In this document: positions 6,218 through 10,053 of the stretch, one piece after another | How positions within the stretch are numbered: position 1 is the first letter of the stretch | Layout of the letters: each line of letters opens with the position of its first letter | Virus record (IMG/VR): IMGVR_UViG_2740892213_000005 | Length of the DNA stretch: 10,053 nt | DNA from: a virus | Taxonomy: Duplodnaviria; Heunggongvirae; Uroviricota; Caudoviricetes | Strand: one strand, 5' to 3' | Notes under the pieces: model-generated | What the model was told of the DNA's origin: nothing | The model's input: the letters and a program-made list of their open reading frames with translations, nothing else | The model's database searches: none | Position numbers and translations under genes: made by a program

Positions 6218-7186
6218 ATGAGTGAAGTAACAGATTTAGTTGTTATTGAAAAAGCAAATGCAATGACTGTATTTCAGTCTGCCGACCAGATTGAAGAAAT
6301 CCTTCAAAAGGTTGAACGTGAAGTTATGTCCTTTGTGCCTGATATCACAACGGCAAAGGGCAGAAAGGAGATCGCTTCTCTGGCGTATAAAGTTGCGCAG
6401 ACGAAAACATATCTCGATGGTCTTGGCAAAGACCTTGTTGCTGAACTGAAGGAAATTCCAAAGCTAATTGATGCTAACCGCAAGACAGTGCGCGATCGCC
6501 TTGATGAACTGAAAACCAAGGCGCGCCAGCCTCTTACTGATTATGAGGAAGAACAGGCGCGGATTAAAGCCGAAGAAGAAGCTAAGGCAGCAGCTGAAGC
6601 TCTCGCAAAGCAAATTGAGTATGACCATGAAATAGCTATTTTGATGGATCGCGAATTTGACCGCCAAAGAGAAGAGGCAAGACTCAAAGCGGAGCAGGAA
6701 AAGCGAGAGCATGAAGAACGATTAAAAAGAGAAGCTAAAGAGAAAGCCAGAGCAGAAGCCGAAGCAAAGGCAAAAGCCGAAATTGAAGCAGCAGCAAGGC
6801 GAGAAGCAGAAGCTAAGGCCGCAGCGGAACGTGCAGAGCGTGAACGCATTGAAGCCGAGCAACGAGCACAGCGCGAAGCAAAAGAGGCAGCAGAACGAGC
6901 TGAAAGAGAAAAGCAGGCAGCAATTGAAGCAGAACGCAGAAAAGCACATGAGGAGGCTGAACGAATCCGTCGCGAGGCTGAAGCAAAAGAGCAAGCCAGA
7001 ATAGCAGAAGAAAAAAGAATCAAGGACGAAGAAGAGCGTAGAGCAAAGGATAAAGCTCACCGGAAAGAAGTAAATAACAAAATACTTGCTGACCTTATCA
7101 AGGTTGGCGCATCAGAAGATGTTGCTAAAAATATCATAACAGCCATCGTAAAAGGCGAAGTATTCGCAACAAAAATAACCTACTAA
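6218..7186 (+). CDS. Hypothetical protein (322 aa) with a long E/A/K/R-rich charged helical segment
   Basis: About 100-aa N-terminal region, then a roughly 170-aa highly charged low-complexity stretch (EAEAKAKAEIEAAARREAEAKAAAERAERER...), then a short C-terminal region. GGAGGA Shine-Dalgarno. Confidence 0.75.
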   Translation: MSEVTDLVVIEKANAMTVFQSADQIEEILQKVEREVMSFVPDITTAKGRKEIASLAYKVAQTKTYLDGLGKDLVAELKEIPKLIDANRKTVRDRLDELKTKARQPLTDYEEEQARIKAEEEAKAAAEALAKQIEYDHEIAILMDREFDRQREEARLKAEQEKREHEERLKREAKEKARAEAEAKAKAEIEAAARREAEAKAAAERAERERIEAEQRAQREAKEAAERAEREKQAAIEAERRKAHEEAERIRREAEAKEQARIAEEKRIKDEEERRAKDKAHRKEVNNKILADLIKVGASEDVAKNIITAIVKGEVFATKITY

Positions 7187-7210
7187 TAAAACCAACATAA
7201 GGAACCACCC

Positions 7211-7342
7211 ATGATTTACGCAATCGCGGGAGGCGCTCGCATGGGTGCCTTCCAATTAAATGAATCTTTACTTGAACGAATCACCCGTAAATTACGTGAC
7301 GGATGGAAAAGAGTTGAGGTCTTATTATGCGCAATGAAATAG
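7211..7342 (+). CDS. cIII: CIII-like protein (43 aa)
   Basis: Not in the ORF track (short). MIYAIAG...ESLLERITRKLRDGWKR matches the lambda CIII core as I recall it; AAGGAA Shine-Dalgarno 7 nt upstream. Confidence 0.7.
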   Translation: MIYAIAGGARMGAFQLNESLLERITRKLRDGWKRVEVLLCAMK

Positions 7343-7479
7343 CCATCAATCACCAGATGCTTCGTGCTGCACAGAACAAAGCAGTAATAGCCAGATTTAT
7401 TGGTGATTCAAAAATGTGGCTTGAAGCAAATAAAGCGATGAAATCAGCTATCAACCTTCCGTGGTATCGCAGGAAATGA
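7327..7479 (+). CDS. kil: Kil-like protein (50 aa)
   Basis: Not in the ORF track. IARFIGDSKMWLEA resembles lambda Kil IATFIGDEKMFREA (recalled); overlaps the cIII 3' end by 16 nt. Confidence 0.55.
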   Translation: MRNEIAINHQMLRAAQNKAVIARFIGDSKMWLEANKAMKSAINLPWYRRK

Positions 7480-7634
7480 GTTTTACAGATAACTGGTCAG
7501 ACGAAGAATTCATTCGTCAGATGAAAGAATTAATCGGTAACGAAGGAGATATTCATGTCACTTGCAACCACAGTGAAGGAGAGCAAGTTACAGAGACGCA
7601 TGTACACGCAGAAAGCTCTCTGGTATCGCCATAA
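7476..7634 (+). CDS. Possible small ORF (52 aa), weakly supported
   Basis: ATGA overlap with the kil stop, but poor Shine-Dalgarno spacing; overlaps the next candidate by 80 nt in another frame. Confidence 0.2.
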   Translation: MSFTDNWSDEEFIRQMKELIGNEGDIHVTCNHSEGEQVTETHVHAESSLVSP

Positions 7635-7725
7635 TGGCGACCGCGAAGGAATGCGGGTATGCCTTAATTTGTCCCGAGTCGAAGTATTAAATCAGCGTTA
7701 TTTCCTTGGGCCGTGTCCATTCTGA
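7555..7725 (+). CDS. Small hypothetical protein (56 aa), in the position of P22 arf upstream of the annealing protein
   Basis: Strong AAGGAGA Shine-Dalgarno 5 nt upstream; ends 9 nt before the next gene. Confidence 0.4.
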   Translation: MSLATTVKESKLQRRMYTQKALWYRHNGDREGMRVCLNLSRVEVLNQRYFLGPCPF

Positions 7726-7733
7726 GGTGAATT

Positions 7734-8441
7734 ATGGATTTGAACAAATTCGATGAGCCATTCAGCCCTGAAGATATCGAATGGCGAATACAGCAAAGCG
7801 GTAAAACACGCGATGGCAAGGTGTGGGCTATGGTGCTGGCTTATGTCACGAACCGGGCAATCATGAAGCGCCTGGACGATGTTTGCGGCAAAGCAGGATG
7901 GCGCAATGAATACCGCGATATTCCCAACAACGGCGGAGTTGAATGCGGCATATCAATCAAGATTGATTCCGAATGGGTAACCAAATGGGATGCTGCTGAA
8001 AACACGCAGGTAGAAGCCGTCAAAGGCGGTCGTTCCGGTGCAATGAAGCGCGCTGCCGTTCAGTGGGGAATCGGTCGGTATCTGTATAACCTTGAGGAAG
8101 GTTTTGCACAAACATCTCTCGATAAAAAGCAGGGATGGCACAGGGCAAAACTCAAGGATGGAACAGGATTTTACTGGCTCCCTCCATCGCTGCCGGGATG
8201 GGCAATCCCAGCATCAGATAACAAACCATCACCAGAAAATACCAACCAGAAATCTCCATCGGTTGACTGCGAACAAATCCTGAAAGACTTCAGCGATTAT
8301 GCGTCAACAGAAACTGACAAGAAAAAACTCATCGAGCGTTATCAGCGTGACTGGCAATTAATGGCTGGCAACGAGGAGGCGCAGGCTAAATGCGTTCAGG
8401 TAATGAACATCAGAGTTAACGAACTAAAACAGGCGGCATAA
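7734..8441 (+). CDS. Single-strand annealing protein, Rad52/Sak-type
   Basis: Motif KGGRSGAMKRAAVQWGIGRYLY is typical of Rad52-like phage annealing proteins; GAGGTGA Shine-Dalgarno; stop abuts the ssb start. Confidence 0.85.
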   Translation: MDLNKFDEPFSPEDIEWRIQQSGKTRDGKVWAMVLAYVTNRAIMKRLDDVCGKAGWRNEYRDIPNNGGVECGISIKIDSEWVTKWDAAENTQVEAVKGGRSGAMKRAAVQWGIGRYLYNLEEGFAQTSLDKKQGWHRAKLKDGTGFYWLPPSLPGWAIPASDNKPSPENTNQKSPSVDCEQILKDFSDYASTETDKKKLIERYQRDWQLMAGNEEAQAKCVQVMNIRVNELKQAA

Positions 8442-8957
8442 ATGGCAAGCAGAGGCGTAAATAAGGTGATCATTATTGGTCGCCTTGGGCATGATCCAGA
8501 AATCAGATATTCACCATCAGGAACGGCATTTGCAAACCTTACCGTTGCTACGTCAGAACAATGGCGTGATAAGAAAACTGGAGAGCAAAAGGAGCAGACG
8601 GAGTGGCACCGCGTGGTAATGAGCGGGAAACTGGCAGAAATTGCCAGCGAATATCTGCGAAAAGGCTCTGAGGTTTATCTTGAAGGCAAATTGCGGACAA
8701 GAAAATGGCAGGATCAAAGCGGACAGGATCGGTTCACTACCGAAGTCATCGTGGGCGTTGGTGGAACCATGCAAATGCTTGGTGGCAAGCAAGGAGGCAA
8801 TGAACAGTCTTCACCTCAGCGAAATAATGGTCAGCAACAAAGACAGCAACCTCAGCAGCAGGGAAATCACAGCGAACCACCTATGGATTTTGACGACGAT
8901 ATCCCCTTTGCACCAGTAACTCTCCCCTTCCCTCGTCACGCTATTCACGCAATTTAA
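8442..8957 (+). CDS. ssb: Single-stranded DNA-binding protein with a 15-aa extension beyond the usual DDDIPF tip
   Basis: OB-fold N-terminus ([37 protein letters not shown]), Gly/Gln-rich linker, acidic [11 protein letters not shown] motif followed by [15 protein letters not shown]. Confidence 0.9.
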   Translation: MASRGVNKVIIIGRLGHDPEIRYSPSGTAFANLTVATSEQWRDKKTGEQKEQTEWHRVVMSGKLAEIASEYLRKGSEVYLEGKLRTRKWQDQSGQDRFTTEVIVGVGGTMQMLGGKQGGNEQSSPQRNNGQQQRQQPQQQGNHSEPPMDFDDDIPFAPVTLPFPRHAIHAI

Positions 8958-8965
8958 GGACTTAC

Positions 8966-9514
8966 ATGAATCACTTGATGGTTGACCTTGAAACAATGGG
9001 CAACGGGCCATACGCGCCAGTTATTTCTATTGGGGCGGTATTCTTTGACCCGAATACCGGAGAAACAGGAGAAGAGTTCTCGGTAAATATCTCGCTTGAA
9101 TCATCAATGCGATATCGAGCGCGTCCTGACGCTTCAACGATTTTATGGTGGCTGGAACAGAGTGAAGAAGCCAGAAAATCGCTAACCAGCAACACTCAGG
9201 AGCTTTCAACGGCTCTTTCATGGTTATCTGAATTCATCATAAAGAACGCTAACCACAAATTCGTTCAGGTTTGGGGGAATGGAGCATCATTTGACTGCGT
9301 TATTCTCCGAAACAGTTATTCGCTGACAGGGCAGCCAGTTCCATGGCAGTGGTGGAATGACCGCGACGTAAGAACAATCGTCGAGCTTGGAAAGGTAATA
9401 GGATTCAACCCTAAGCGAGATATGCCATTCAAAGGAACTCGCCACAACGCGCTTGATGATGCCATCCACCAAGCCAAATACGTTTCAGCGATCTGGAAAA
9501 AGTTAGCTAAATAA
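8966..9514 (+). CDS. DEDDh-type 3'-5' exonuclease (DnaQ-like fold)
   Basis: MVDLETMG (Exo I motif), HNALDDA (Exo III motif); AAGGA Shine-Dalgarno. Confidence 0.8.
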   Translation: MNHLMVDLETMGNGPYAPVISIGAVFFDPNTGETGEEFSVNISLESSMRYRARPDASTILWWLEQSEEARKSLTSNTQELSTALSWLSEFIIKNANHKFVQVWGNGASFDCVILRNSYSLTGQPVPWQWWNDRDVRTIVELGKVIGFNPKRDMPFKGTRHNALDDAIHQAKYVSAIWKKLAK

Positions 9515-9530
9515 TCAACAGGAGAAAAAC

Positions 9531-9824
9531 ATGCCAGCGCCTTTGTATGGTGCGGATGACGCGCGCCGCTGTTCCGGCAATTCCGTATCGGAGGTGCTGG
9601 ATAAATTCAGAAAAAACTACGACCAGATAATGTCGCTACCGCAGGAAACGAAAGAGGAAAAGGAATTTCGCCACTGTATATGGCTTGCAGAGAAAGAAGA
9701 GCGCGAGCGAATTTACCAGACATCAATCCGACCATTCCGCAAAGCCACATATACCCACTTCCCTGAAATTGACCCGCGCCTGCGTAATTACCGCTCACGC
9801 TATGGCGCTATCAGTAATGACTGA
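9531..9824 (+). CDS. Hypothetical protein (97 aa)
   Basis: ORF track; AGGAGA Shine-Dalgarno upstream. No family recognised. Confidence 0.6.
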   Translation: MPAPLYGADDARRCSGNSVSEVLDKFRKNYDQIMSLPQETKEEKEFRHCIWLAEKEERERIYQTSIRPFRKATYTHFPEIDPRLRNYRSRYGAISND

Positions 9825-9834
9825 GGAATTTACC

Positions 9835-10002
9835 ATGAGAGGACTTGCATACAATCCCGGCATTCTTCCGGCAGAAATGATTATTCGCCAACGCGTAAAG
9901 CCAATGCCATCGAGAGAGGAATTGCTTAAGAGAAATTCTTTTCCATCAGTGAATCAAAACAAATATCTGAATGCGATGTGGCGCAAAGGAGGCAAACAGT
10001 GA
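9835..10002 (+). CDS. Hypothetical protein (55 aa)
   Basis: ATG at 9835 with GAGGAA Shine-Dalgarno; the track ORF 9685-10002 is the same frame extended upstream through the previous gene. Confidence 0.5.
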   Translation: MRGLAYNPGILPAEMIIRQRVKPMPSREELLKRNSFPSVNQNKYLNAMWRKGGKQ

Positions 10003-10053
10003 GCGAAATTAATTACCAGGCACTGCGTGAGGTGGCGGAACGTGCAATTCCAG
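9999..10053 (+). CDS. Start of a further gene (GTG start, runs off the right edge)
   Basis: AAGGAGG Shine-Dalgarno 6 nt upstream of a GTG that overlaps the preceding TGA stop; reads [18 protein letters not shown]... Confidence 0.4.
   Translation, partial: MSEINYQALREVAERAIP

Noticed and set aside
6304-7060. Several ORFs (both strands) with Ser/Ala/Cys/Phe-rich or K/Q-rich low-complexity translations
   Set aside because: All are out-of-frame or antisense readings of the GAA/GCA-rich repeat region encoding the charged helix of the 322-aa protein.
7841-8283. Short ORFs on both strands within the annealing-protein gene
   Set aside because: They overlap a gene with a clear Rad52-type motif; no RBS.
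8553-9472. Short ORFs on both strands within ssb and the exonuclease gene
   Set aside because: Shadow ORFs inside genes supported by conserved motifs.
9607-9798. 63-aa minus-strand ORF
   Set aside because: Antisense to the 97-aa gene in a uniformly plus-strand operon; no RBS.

Overview
This window is the early (immunity, replication, recombination) region of a mosaic lambdoid prophage or phage, probably enterobacterial. CDS coordinates come from the supplied ORF track with starts refined by RBS and homology; hand-located motifs (promoters, terminators, nut sites, operators) may be off by about 2 bp.

Minus strand, right to left (the pR operon): cro (3368-3583), a P22-type nutR, a cII homologue (2959-3258), an extra 90-aa ORF, an O-like replication initiator with an internal iteron/AT-rich origin (around 2051-2235), a DnaB-family helicase (341-1717), a tR2-like terminator, a small Cys-rich ORF, and the start of ninB running off the left edge.

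Plus strand (the pL operon): a cI repressor whose C-terminal domain is essentially lambda cI but whose N-terminal DNA-binding domain is different, a terminator, pL with an operator dyad, a P22-type nutL, and a P22 gene-24-like N antiterminator. These are followed by three uncharacterised accessory genes (a C2H2 zinc-finger protein, a 207-aa protein, a 322-aa protein with a long charged helix), then cIII, kil, a Rad52/Sak-type annealing protein, SSB with an unusual C-terminal extension, a DEDDh 3'-5' exonuclease, and further small unknown genes.

The best candidates for undescribed biology are the accessory genes between N and cIII (5019-7186) with their tandem hairpins, and the SSB tail extension. 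None of these can be assigned a function from sequence alone; everything else is classic lambdoid architecture.
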